Shown piece after piece: positions 9,932-17,532 of a stretch of DNA of 52,193 nt. Location: NCBI GenBank assembly GCA_039926685.1, contig JBDSWM010000403.1:1-52193 (forward strand), given 5' to 3'. The DNA comes from Fibrobacteria bacterium. Lineage in GTDB: Bacteria; Fibrobacterota; Fibrobacteria; UBA11236. Position numbers and translations under genes: made by a program. Each line of letters starts with the position of its first letter. Position 1 is the first letter of the stretch. The notes under the pieces are model-generated. The model ran no database searches. It was not told where the DNA came from and worked only from the letters and a program-made list of their open reading frames with translations.

Positions 9932-10900
9932 ATGCTCTTGGAAAAACTTCGCAACCGCAGCCATGGCATCCGACTGTACGGCCTCACCCCGCCCAAGCGG
10001 GGACAGGATCCGTCCAGGCTGCGCGAAGTCGCGGAGCGGCAAATGCAGCGCCTGGCCGGGCTCGCGCCCGATGGCCTGGTCCTCTACGACCTGCAGGATG
10101 AGGCCGGGCGCACGGGAGTGGAAAGGCCATTCCCATTCCTTCCCACCTTGGAGCCCACGGAGTATGCCCGGGACTTCCTGTCGGATTTGCCCATCCCGAA
10201 AGTGTTCTACAAATGTATCGCCAACCTGGGCCGCGCGGATTTCCAGGCCTGGCGGAACGGTTGCGCGCCGGAACGGGATGCCTATGTATTGGTGGGCGCC
10301 CCCTCGACCGCGCAGGATCCCGCGGCGACGGGAAGCCTCACCCTTTCGGAAGCTTACGGCCTGCTCGAAAAATCCGCGCCGCCGATCTGTTTCGGCGGCG
10401 TAACAATCGCGGAGCGGCATACGCGCAAGGGCGATGAGGATGCGCGCCTGGCGGCGAAGCATGCCGCCGGCTGCCGCTTCTTCATCTCCCAGACCATCTA
10501 CGACTCGAGCGCCTCCAAGTCCCTGATATCGGACTATGCCTTGCGCTTCGCGCGCGAAGGCCTGGCTCCGGCCCCGATCCTCCTAAGCTTCAGCCCATGC
10601 GGATCGATCAAGACCATGGAGTTCATGAAATGGCTGGGCATCTCCTTCCCGCGCTGGCTCGAGAACGAACTCCGGCATTCTCCCGACATCCTGGCCAAAT
10701 CCGTGGACCTGGCGCAGCATGTATTCGCGGACATCCTCGCTTTCGCCGCGTCCAAAGGGATTCCCATCGGCGTGAACGTGGAAAGCGTGTCCATACGCAA
10801 GGATGAAATCGAAGCCTCATGCGAGCTGTTCCGCAGGCTGTCGGCGTTGCTGGACATCCAGGCTACGGAATCCGACTCCGGTGCCAGCCTGGGACCGTAA
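9932..10900 (+). CDS. Methylenetetrahydrofolate reductase family protein (MetF-like)
   Basis: LYGLTPPK, YDLQDE, GGVTIAERH, GCRFFISQTIYD, FMKWLGI. Confidence 0.8.
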   Translation: MLLEKLRNRSHGIRLYGLTPPKRGQDPSRLREVAERQMQRLAGLAPDGLVLYDLQDEAGRTGVERPFPFLPTLEPTEYARDFLSDLPIPKVFYKCIANLGRADFQAWRNGCAPERDAYVLVGAPSTAQDPAATGSLTLSEAYGLLEKSAPPICFGGVTIAERHTRKGDEDARLAAKHAAGCRFFISQTIYDSSASKSLISDYALRFAREGLAPAPILLSFSPCGSIKTMEFMKWLGISFPRWLENELRHSPDILAKSVDLAQHVFADILAFAASKGIPIGVNVESVSIRKDEIEASCELFRRLSALLDIQATESDSGASLGP

Positions 10901-11044
10901 ACAGGCCCCAAGGTAGCGGCCAGACGGGGAATCGGCTGGGATCGCCATCACATCAGGGCCCCCCACAAAGGTAGGCCGGTTTGGCCAAGATGGCACTCCG
11001 GATAGGCATTATGGCAAAATTGCGTTCCTGTACCTGAAAGCTTC

Positions 11045-11080
11045 TCTGGGTATCATTTCCTCTATCCAGAGGAACCCAGA
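11045..11080 (+). promoter_or_regulatory. Hairpin occluding the Shine-Dalgarno of the first cbb3-operon gene
   Basis: TCTGGG(11045-50) pairs with CCCAGA(11075-80). TTCCTCT(11057-63) pairs with AGAGGAA(11068-74) around a 4-nt loop. ATG begins at 11080. Confidence 0.45.
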
Positions 11081-11787
11081 TGGATTTACACGCATTCCTG
11101 CATCCTTCCCCAGCCGTGGGCATCCTGTTCCCCATCGCGGTCGGCCTCGGCAGCAGCTTCACCCATTGCGCGGGCATGTGCGGCCCCATCCACCTTTTCC
11201 TGGCTTCCAAAAGCCCCGGAGGCCGCGCCCCTTGGGCCTACCATGGTGGGCGTATCGTGGGTTACGGTATCTTGGGTGTTACCGTGAGCGCGGCCGGCGA
11301 TGCGCTCGGGGCCTTGTCCTCGCGCGGCTTCACGGATGCGGCCGGCATCGCATTGGCGTTCGCCTACGCATTGTTCGGGCTCGGCCTCATCGGCTGGCTG
11401 CCCAAGGGACTGAACGCGGAGAGGGTGCTCGGCCGCCTCTTCCCGACGCGCCTTTTCCGGGGGCTCTCCTCAAAGAGCGGGGAGGGAAGCGGGGGATGGC
11501 TCTCGCTATTCCCGGTCGGCCTCGCGGCGTCCCTCTTGCCCTGCCCCAGCACCCATGCCGTGCTCTTGTGGGGGCTCGGCTTGGGCAGCCCGGCAGCGGC
11601 CGGCCTGGGCATGATCGCCCTAGGTATCGCGACCTTGCCGATCTTCGGCGTGCTGGCACGCGGTTCGCTTTCCATCCCCAAGCGGGCGGGCGCCTGGTAT
11701 CGGGGCGGCCTAGGCAGCGTATTTCTGGGGCTATCCGCCTGGCGCATATATGCCTTGGCGGCCTTGGGGACGGCAGCGTGCCATTAA
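11080..11787 (+). CDS. DsbD_2/TauE-SafE-like membrane protein of cbb3 assembly clusters
   Basis: HCAGMCGP, YHGGRIVGYGILG, LLPC motifs; multiple TM segments. Confidence 0.85.
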   Translation: MDLHAFLHPSPAVGILFPIAVGLGSSFTHCAGMCGPIHLFLASKSPGGRAPWAYHGGRIVGYGILGVTVSAAGDALGALSSRGFTDAAGIALAFAYALFGLGLIGWLPKGLNAERVLGRLFPTRLFRGLSSKSGEGSGGWLSLFPVGLAASLLPCPSTHAVLLWGLGLGSPAAAGLGMIALGIATLPIFGVLARGSLSIPKRAGAWYRGGLGSVFLGLSAWRIYALAALGTAACH

Positions 11788-11824
11788 GGCAAACGGAATG
11801 CCAAAAGATCAGCAGGAGCAAGGT

Positions 11825-12349
11825 ATGGACAATAAACGCACTCTCGAATACTTCATCATGGGTGGAATCCTCGCCATCGGCGCCCCTTGCGCGCTTCTGC
11901 TCGGCCATTTGAGCGGGGAGGCCACGGGAGCCATCGCTTATCCCAAGACGCAAACGCCCGTGACCATGGCGATCGATTATAAGCCTTTGGTGCTGGGTTC
12001 CGCGGACGATGCGGAAAGCGGTCGGCGGATTTTCCAGACCAATTGCACGGCCTGCCATGGCCCCAATGCCGACGGCAAGGGCGCCGCCGCCGCCGCGCTC
12101 ACGCCGCCGCCCCGCGACTTCACCGATCCGAAAGCCCGCTGGACGCGCGGCCGCGAGCCCATGGAGATTTACACCACCTTGAGCGAAGGCAGCCCAGGCA
12201 CCGCCATGGTCGGCTTCGCTAACAGTATGTCGATACAGGATCGTTGGGCCCTGGTCCATTACCTGGGAAGCCTGCCGGGAGTCAGCGGCCAATTCAAGCC
12301 CGTGGACGAAGCCTTGGCCGCCGCTTGGAAACCGGAGACGAAGCGCTGA
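11825..12349 (+). CDS. Membrane-anchored monoheme cytochrome c
   Basis: N-terminal TM; CTACHG, PPPRDFT, GSPGTAM (axial Met), WALVHYL. Stop overlaps the ccoS start (TGATG). Confidence 0.9.
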   Translation: MDNKRTLEYFIMGGILAIGAPCALLLGHLSGEATGAIAYPKTQTPVTMAIDYKPLVLGSADDAESGRRIFQTNCTACHGPNADGKGAAAAALTPPPRDFTDPKARWTRGREPMEIYTTLSEGSPGTAMVGFANSMSIQDRWALVHYLGSLPGVSGQFKPVDEALAAAWKPETKR

Positions 12350-12621
12350 TGTCCGTATTCCTGGTGCTCATTCCCATATCCCTCGGCTTGGCGGTCCTGT
12401 TCGTGCTGCTGTGCCTGGCGTCCATCCGCGACGGACAGTTCGACGATCTGGAAAGCCCCCGGTGGCGCGTCCTTTTTGAAAGGGGCGAATTCGGCGAGAG
12501 CGGCGAAAGCGACAAACACGGCGCCAGCGCCATAAGAGGCGTCAGCGGCGGAATCGCCTTGGCCATCGCCCCGATAAAACACCTACCCCCGAACCTCCCC
12601 ATTCCCGAGGATGGAAAATGA
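12349..12621 (+). CDS. ccoS: cbb3 oxidase maturation protein CcoS/FixS
   Basis: MSVFLVLIPISLGL...GQFDDLESPRWRVL; overlaps the ccoN start. Confidence 0.88.
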   Translation: MSVFLVLIPISLGLAVLFVLLCLASIRDGQFDDLESPRWRVLFERGEFGESGESDKHGASAIRGVSGGIALAIAPIKHLPPNLPIPEDGK

Positions 12622-14813
12622 AGCGCATCCAGTATGATGACAAGATAGTACGCATGTTCCTCCTGGCCTGCCTGGCCTGGGGGGTGATCGGCATGTCCGC
12701 CGGACTTTGGCTGGCCCTGGAGCTGGCGTATTGGAAGTTCAACCTGGGGGCCAACATCAACTTCGGGCGCCTGCGGCCCTTCCACACCAACGCCGTGATC
12801 TTCGCCTTCGGAGGCAACGGCATCTTCTGCGGAGTCTACTACTCCCTCCAGCGCCTCTTGAAGACCCGGCTCTTCAACGACACGCTTTCGCGCATCCATT
12901 TCTGGGCCTGGCAGCTGTTGATATTGGTGGGCGGATTGGGCTTCCTCTTCGGCATCACCCAAGGCAAGGAATACGCCGAGCTGGAATGGTGGGCGGATAT
13001 CCTGGTGGCCGTGGTCTGGGTGATCTTCGCCGTCAACTTCTTCGGCACCATCGCCATCCGCCGGGTGAAGCACCTGTACGTGGCCATATGGTTCTACATC
13101 GGCACCGTCATAACCATCGCCGTGCTGCACATCGTGAACGGGCTGGCAATCCCCGTCTCCTTCACCAAGAGCTATCCCGTCTACGCCGGCGTGCAGGACG
13201 CGCTCGTGCAATGGTGGTACGGCCACAACGCCGTGGGCTTCTTCCTGACCACGCCTTTCCTGGGCATGATGTACTACTTCATCCCCAAGGCGGCCGACCG
13301 GCCCGTGTATTCCTACCGGCTTTCCATCATGCACTTCTGGGCGCTGGTATTCCTGTACATATGGGCGGGGCCCCATCATCTGCATTATACGGCCTTGCCC
13401 GATTGGGCCCAGAACCTGGGAATGGTGTTCTCGGTGATGCTCCTGGCGCCTTCCTGGGGAGGCATGCTGAACGGCCTGCTCACCCTGCGCGGGGCCTGGC
13501 ACAAATTGCGCACCGATCCCGTCCTCAAGTTCTTCGCCGCGGCCGTTACCTTCTACGGCATGGCGACCTTCGAAGGGCCGCTGATGTCCATCAAGTCGGT
13601 GAACGCGCTTTCCCATTACACCAATTGGACCATCGGCCACGTGCATGCCGGCGCCATCGGCTGGGTGGGGTTGCTGATATTCGGCATGATCTACTGGCTG
13701 GTGCCGCGCATGTGGCGCACGCCGTTGCATAGCTGGCCGCTGGCGAACGTCCATTTCTGGATCGCCTTCATCGGCATCATGTTCTACATCGTTTCCATGT
13801 GGATAGCCGGGATCATGGAAGGGCTGATGTGGAAGGAGTTCACCTCGGAAGGACTGCTGGCCTATCCCAACTTCCTGGAAATCGTGACCAAGATCAATCC
13901 GCTCTACTGGCTGCGCGCCCTCGGCGGCACGCTCTACCTGGTCGGCCTGTTCGTCATGGTCTACAATGTCTTCAAGACCATCCGGGCGGCGCCCGTGTTC
14001 CGGGACGAGGAGGCGGAGGTCCCGGATCTCATGGCCAGCCAACAAGCCTACCCCAAGCCCAAGTACTGGCATGCGGTCCTGGAGGGCAAGCCCCTGGCCT
14101 TGGCCCTGCTGACCACGGTGGTGATCGCCATCGGCGGTATCGTGGAAATGGTCCCGACCTTCCTCATCGAATCCAACGTGCCGACCATCACCGCGGTAAA
14201 GCCCTATACCCCCCTGGAGCTCGAGGGCCGCGATATCTATGTCCGGGAAGGCTGCTACAATTGCCATTCCCAGATGGTCCGCCCCTTCCGCGACGAAGTG
14301 ACCCGTTACGGCGACTATTCCAAGCCGGGGGAATTCGTCTACGACCATCCCTTCCAATGGGGCAGCCGGCGCACCGGTCCCGACCTGCACCGCGTGGGCG
14401 GCAAGTACAACAATCTCTGGCATCTGCGGCATCTGGACGATCCGCGCCTGACCTCGCCGGGATCCATCATGCCCGCCTATAGGTTCCTGCTGGAGCGGAA
14501 ACTCGATTTGTCCCTGACCCCGACCAAGATCAAGGTCATGCGCCAGCTGGGCGTGCCCTATCCCAAGGAGATGGAGAAGGAGTGCACGGCCGTGGCGCTG
14601 GCCCAGGCCAAGGCCGTCGGCGACGATCTGGCCAAGGAAGGCGTATCGGGCATGGAGGACAAGGAAGTGGTCGCCCTCATCGCCTATCTGCAGCGCTTGG
14701 GCACCGATATCAAATGGCGCGAAGCGGCCACGGCCCTGGAACCGGCCGCCAGCGCAGTCACCCCGGAACCGGCCGCGGCGGCCGCGACCGCAAGCAAAGG
14801 AGCGGCCCGATGA
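12618..14813 (+). CDS. ccoN: cbb3-type cytochrome c oxidase fused subunits I/II (CcoN-CcoO)
   Basis: GRLRPFHTNAVIFAF, WWYGHNAVGF, GPHHLHY, GHVHAG; then the CcoO part EGCYNCHSQMVRP, WGSRRTGPDL, SIMPAY. Confidence 0.97.
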   Translation: MKRIQYDDKIVRMFLLACLAWGVIGMSAGLWLALELAYWKFNLGANINFGRLRPFHTNAVIFAFGGNGIFCGVYYSLQRLLKTRLFNDTLSRIHFWAWQLLILVGGLGFLFGITQGKEYAELEWWADILVAVVWVIFAVNFFGTIAIRRVKHLYVAIWFYIGTVITIAVLHIVNGLAIPVSFTKSYPVYAGVQDALVQWWYGHNAVGFFLTTPFLGMMYYFIPKAADRPVYSYRLSIMHFWALVFLYIWAGPHHLHYTALPDWAQNLGMVFSVMLLAPSWGGMLNGLLTLRGAWHKLRTDPVLKFFAAAVTFYGMATFEGPLMSIKSVNALSHYTNWTIGHVHAGAIGWVGLLIFGMIYWLVPRMWRTPLHSWPLANVHFWIAFIGIMFYIVSMWIAGIMEGLMWKEFTSEGLLAYPNFLEIVTKINPLYWLRALGGTLYLVGLFVMVYNVFKTIRAAPVFRDEEAEVPDLMASQQAYPKPKYWHAVLEGKPLALALLTTVVIAIGGIVEMVPTFLIESNVPTITAVKPYTPLELEGRDIYVREGCYNCHSQMVRPFRDEVTRYGDYSKPGEFVYDHPFQWGSRRTGPDLHRVGGKYNNLWHLRHLDDPRLTSPGSIMPAYRFLLERKLDLSLTPTKIKVMRQLGVPYPKEMEKECTAVALAQAKAVGDDLAKEGVSGMEDKEVVALIAYLQRLGTDIKWREAATALEPAASAVTPEPAAAAATASKGAAR

Positions 14814-15004
14814 TCCGCCAAGTCATGGAAGGGGCCGGACTCACGTTCTGGCCCGTCCTTTCCTTCCTCATATTCCTGACCTCATGCGCCTTCATGCTGG
14901 CGTGGTTGTACCGGCCGGGTTCTTCGTCGATTTACGGAAGCATGGCGCGGATGGCGCTGGAAGACGAGGACGGGAACGCGCCCCGCGCGAAGGAGGGACG
15001 GTAA
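14810..15004 (+). CDS. ccoQ: cbb3 oxidase subunit CcoQ
   Basis: Small single-TM ORF with ATGA overlap to ccoNO; ...YGSMARMALED; position in the operon. Confidence 0.75.
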   Translation: MIRQVMEGAGLTFWPVLSFLIFLTSCAFMLAWLYRPGSSSIYGSMARMALEDEDGNAPRAKEGR

Positions 15005-15005
15005 C

Positions 15006-15599
15006 ATGTCGGAGAAAGACAAGCTGCACGATTCCGAACAGGATAACGACGGCATCCATGAGTACGACAATCCCCTCCCGGGCTGGTTCTTGTACATGTT
15101 CTACGCTTCCATCCTTTTCGCCGGCCTTTATTACCCCTATTACATAGGGTATAACAGGGCCATAGCGGAAGCGGGCGGCGTGGGCGCGAACCTCAGCGCC
15201 AGCGGCGGCGATTATCTGGCGGCGGTGCGGCGGGAGGAAGAGGCGCATCATGCCCGGCCCGCGACGGAACTGAACCGGGATGAATTGCTCGAGATCCTCA
15301 AGGCCCCCGCGTCCATCTCCGGCGGCGAGGCCGTGTTCAAGGCCAATTGCGTGGCCTGCCATGGCGATCATGGCCAGGGTGTGGTGGGGCCCAACCTGAC
15401 GGACGCCTATTGGCTGCATGGCGGCGGCCCGGAAGGCATCCTGGCCTCGGTCACCCACGGCTATCCCGACAAGGGCATGCCTGCCTGGAAAAACGTACTG
15501 GGCGGCGAGAAGGTTCGCTTGGCGGCCGCCTACGTGCTCAGCTTGAAAGGACGCAACGTCGCGAATCCCAAAGCCCCGCAAGGGATCGAGGAACGATGA
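15006..15599 (+). CDS. ccoP: cbb3 oxidase subunit CcoP (single heme)
   Basis: DGIHEYDNPLPGW, CVACHG, GPNLTDAYWLHGG, KGMPAW. Confidence 0.92.
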   Translation: MSEKDKLHDSEQDNDGIHEYDNPLPGWFLYMFYASILFAGLYYPYYIGYNRAIAEAGGVGANLSASGGDYLAAVRREEEAHHARPATELNRDELLEILKAPASISGGEAVFKANCVACHGDHGQGVVGPNLTDAYWLHGGGPEGILASVTHGYPDKGMPAWKNVLGGEKVRLAAAYVLSLKGRNVANPKAPQGIEER

Positions 15600-17041
15600 A
15601 CACGCCTTCGCCCGCGGCCCCCGATTTTACGGGCTCGCAGCCCGCAGGGGGAACCAAGTCGGGCCTTCGTATCGGGGAGATCCAGGGCACCATCACCGCC
15701 GAGGGCGGACGAGCCTGGCTTTACCCCCGCGAGACCGCCGGGCGATTCACCCGCGCCCGCCGGGCCCTGGCGTGGGTCCTGATGGCCGTCTACCTGGGCG
15801 TGCCTTGGATCCATTGGCGCGGCGAGCCCCTGTTCGAAATCGATTGGTTCGGGCGCAAGCTCATGCTCCTGGGCCATTATTTCTGGCCCAAGGATATCCC
15901 GATTTTCCTGCCCGGGATCTTCGCCTTGCTTATCATCGCCATCGGGACCACCGCGCGCCTGGGCCGGTTATGGTGCGGATGGGCCTGTCCGCAAACGGTT
16001 TTCCTGCAATTCCTTTTCGGTCCCATCGAGCGCCTGATCGAAGGCAAGGCCGCCGTCCGCAAGCGGCGCGATTCCTCCCCCTCCGGCATGGATTGGATAG
16101 GGCGCAAGGCGATCAAGCACGGGGTGTTCCTGGCCATCTCGTGGTGGATAGCCAATACCGCCTTGGCCTATTTCTGGGGCATGGACAACCTGGTATGGGC
16201 CATCCGCCATCCCGCGGCCGGCAACTTCACAGGACTGGCGCTGGTGGCGGCGTTCACGGCCGTCTTCTATTACATCTTCGCCTACTTCAAGGAACAAGCC
16301 TGCATCATGCTCTGCCCCTATGCGCGCTTGCAGTCGGTCCTGCTCGACGAGAGCACATCCCTCATCGCCTATGACGAGAAGCGCGGCGAACCCCGCGGGA
16401 AGGGGCCGAAAGGCACGCGGGAAGGGTTGGGCGATTGCACCGATTGCCGGCAATGCGTGCTGGTATGCCCTACCGGCATCGACATCCGGCAGGGGAACCA
16501 GTTGGAATGCATCGGATGCGCGCGTTGCATCGACGCCTGCGATATGACCATGACCGCCTGGAAGAAACCCATAGGCCTGGTCCGGTACGCCTCCTTGCGG
16601 GAATTGCAAGGCAAGCCCGCCGGCGGCGGGAACGGCCGCCTATACGCTTACGGCGGCCTCGCTTTCCTGATGGCGGCCGTATGCCTTGCGCTGCTGTCGC
16701 GCAGGCCCGCCATCTCCGCCGATCTGGTCCGCCGCGGCCAATCCCCGTATGAGAAGGTGGCCGCCGATTCCGTCCGCAACGTCTATACCCTTTTCCTGCG
16801 CAACAACGGTTCCCGTCGCCGCGTGATACGCATCGGCTGGCAGGGGACCGCGGCCGGAAGCACCAATTGGGATGGACGCGAATTCGCCCTCGCCGGGGGA
16901 GCCGCCGCCTCGCTTCCCGTCGATATCATGGTGCCCGCATCCGCATTCACCCGCGGTCGCAAGGATGCCGTCCTGGCGCTCCAGGGAGAGGGCCTGGATC
17001 AAAGCATCCCTTTGGGCCTGGCCGGGCCCTGGGGCCGCTGA
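15596..17041 (+). CDS. ccoG: CcoG/FixG 4Fe-4S membrane protein (cupric reductase family)
   Basis: GRLWCGWACPQTVF, CIMLCPY, CTDCRQCVLVCPTGIDIR, ECIGCARCIDAC. Confidence 0.93.
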   Translation: MNTPSPAAPDFTGSQPAGGTKSGLRIGEIQGTITAEGGRAWLYPRETAGRFTRARRALAWVLMAVYLGVPWIHWRGEPLFEIDWFGRKLMLLGHYFWPKDIPIFLPGIFALLIIAIGTTARLGRLWCGWACPQTVFLQFLFGPIERLIEGKAAVRKRRDSSPSGMDWIGRKAIKHGVFLAISWWIANTALAYFWGMDNLVWAIRHPAAGNFTGLALVAAFTAVFYYIFAYFKEQACIMLCPYARLQSVLLDESTSLIAYDEKRGEPRGKGPKGTREGLGDCTDCRQCVLVCPTGIDIRQGNQLECIGCARCIDACDMTMTAWKKPIGLVRYASLRELQGKPAGGGNGRLYAYGGLAFLMAAVCLALLSRRPAISADLVRRGQSPYEKVAADSVRNVYTLFLRNNGSRRRVIRIGWQGTAAGSTNWDGREFALAGGAAASLPVDIMVPASAFTRGRKDAVLALQGEGLDQSIPLGLAGPWGR

Positions 17042-17051
17042 AGGAGACGAT

Positions 17052-17531
17052 ATGACGACCACGACCCTTCCCGCCCCGGCCCCGCGCGGCATGCCCGCAT
17101 GGATGATCATCCTGGTCCTGTTCATGGGGATCGTGGGGATCGCCAACGGCATCTTCGTCTGGCTATCCTCCCACGGACATCGCGATCTCGTCCGCGAGGA
17201 TTACTATGCCGCCGGCCTGAAGCAGGACGGCGTCATCGCCCGCAATGCCGCGGCCGGATCCGTTTCCCTGCGACGGGACGGCTCCGACTGGCTGCTGGAG
17301 GCCGCGCCGGCTGCCGCATCCGCCACCGGTTGCCGCTTGCGTTTCTACCGCCCCGACGATGGGCGCGCCGATAGGACGGTGACCATGCGCCGCGCCGCCG
17401 TCTCCGCCGAACGCGAGACATGGCGCGGGCCCGCGGCCCAGATGCGCCGCGGCCAATGGATCGTCACCGCCATCTGGGACCGCGACGGCGTTGATGTAAG
17501 CGAGAAGTCCCTTCATTTGACGGAGCCTTAG
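17052..17531 (+). CDS. ccoH: FixH/CcoH family protein
   Basis: N-terminal TM, DLVREDYYAAGL, FYRPDD, GQW; RBS AAGGAG. Confidence 0.85.
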   Translation: MTTTTLPAPAPRGMPAWMIILVLFMGIVGIANGIFVWLSSHGHRDLVREDYYAAGLKQDGVIARNAAAGSVSLRRDGSDWLLEAAPAAASATGCRLRFYRPDDGRADRTVTMRRAAVSAERETWRGPAAQMRRGQWIVTAIWDRDGVDVSEKSLHLTEP

Positions 17532-17532
17532 C

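Noticed and set aside
12294-14432. 712-aa antisense ORF over ccoN, and similar long shadow ORFs (7606..9120, 8948..10462, 49904..51538)
   Set aside because: Expected alternative-frame and antisense ORFs of high-GC genes; no recognisable motifs.
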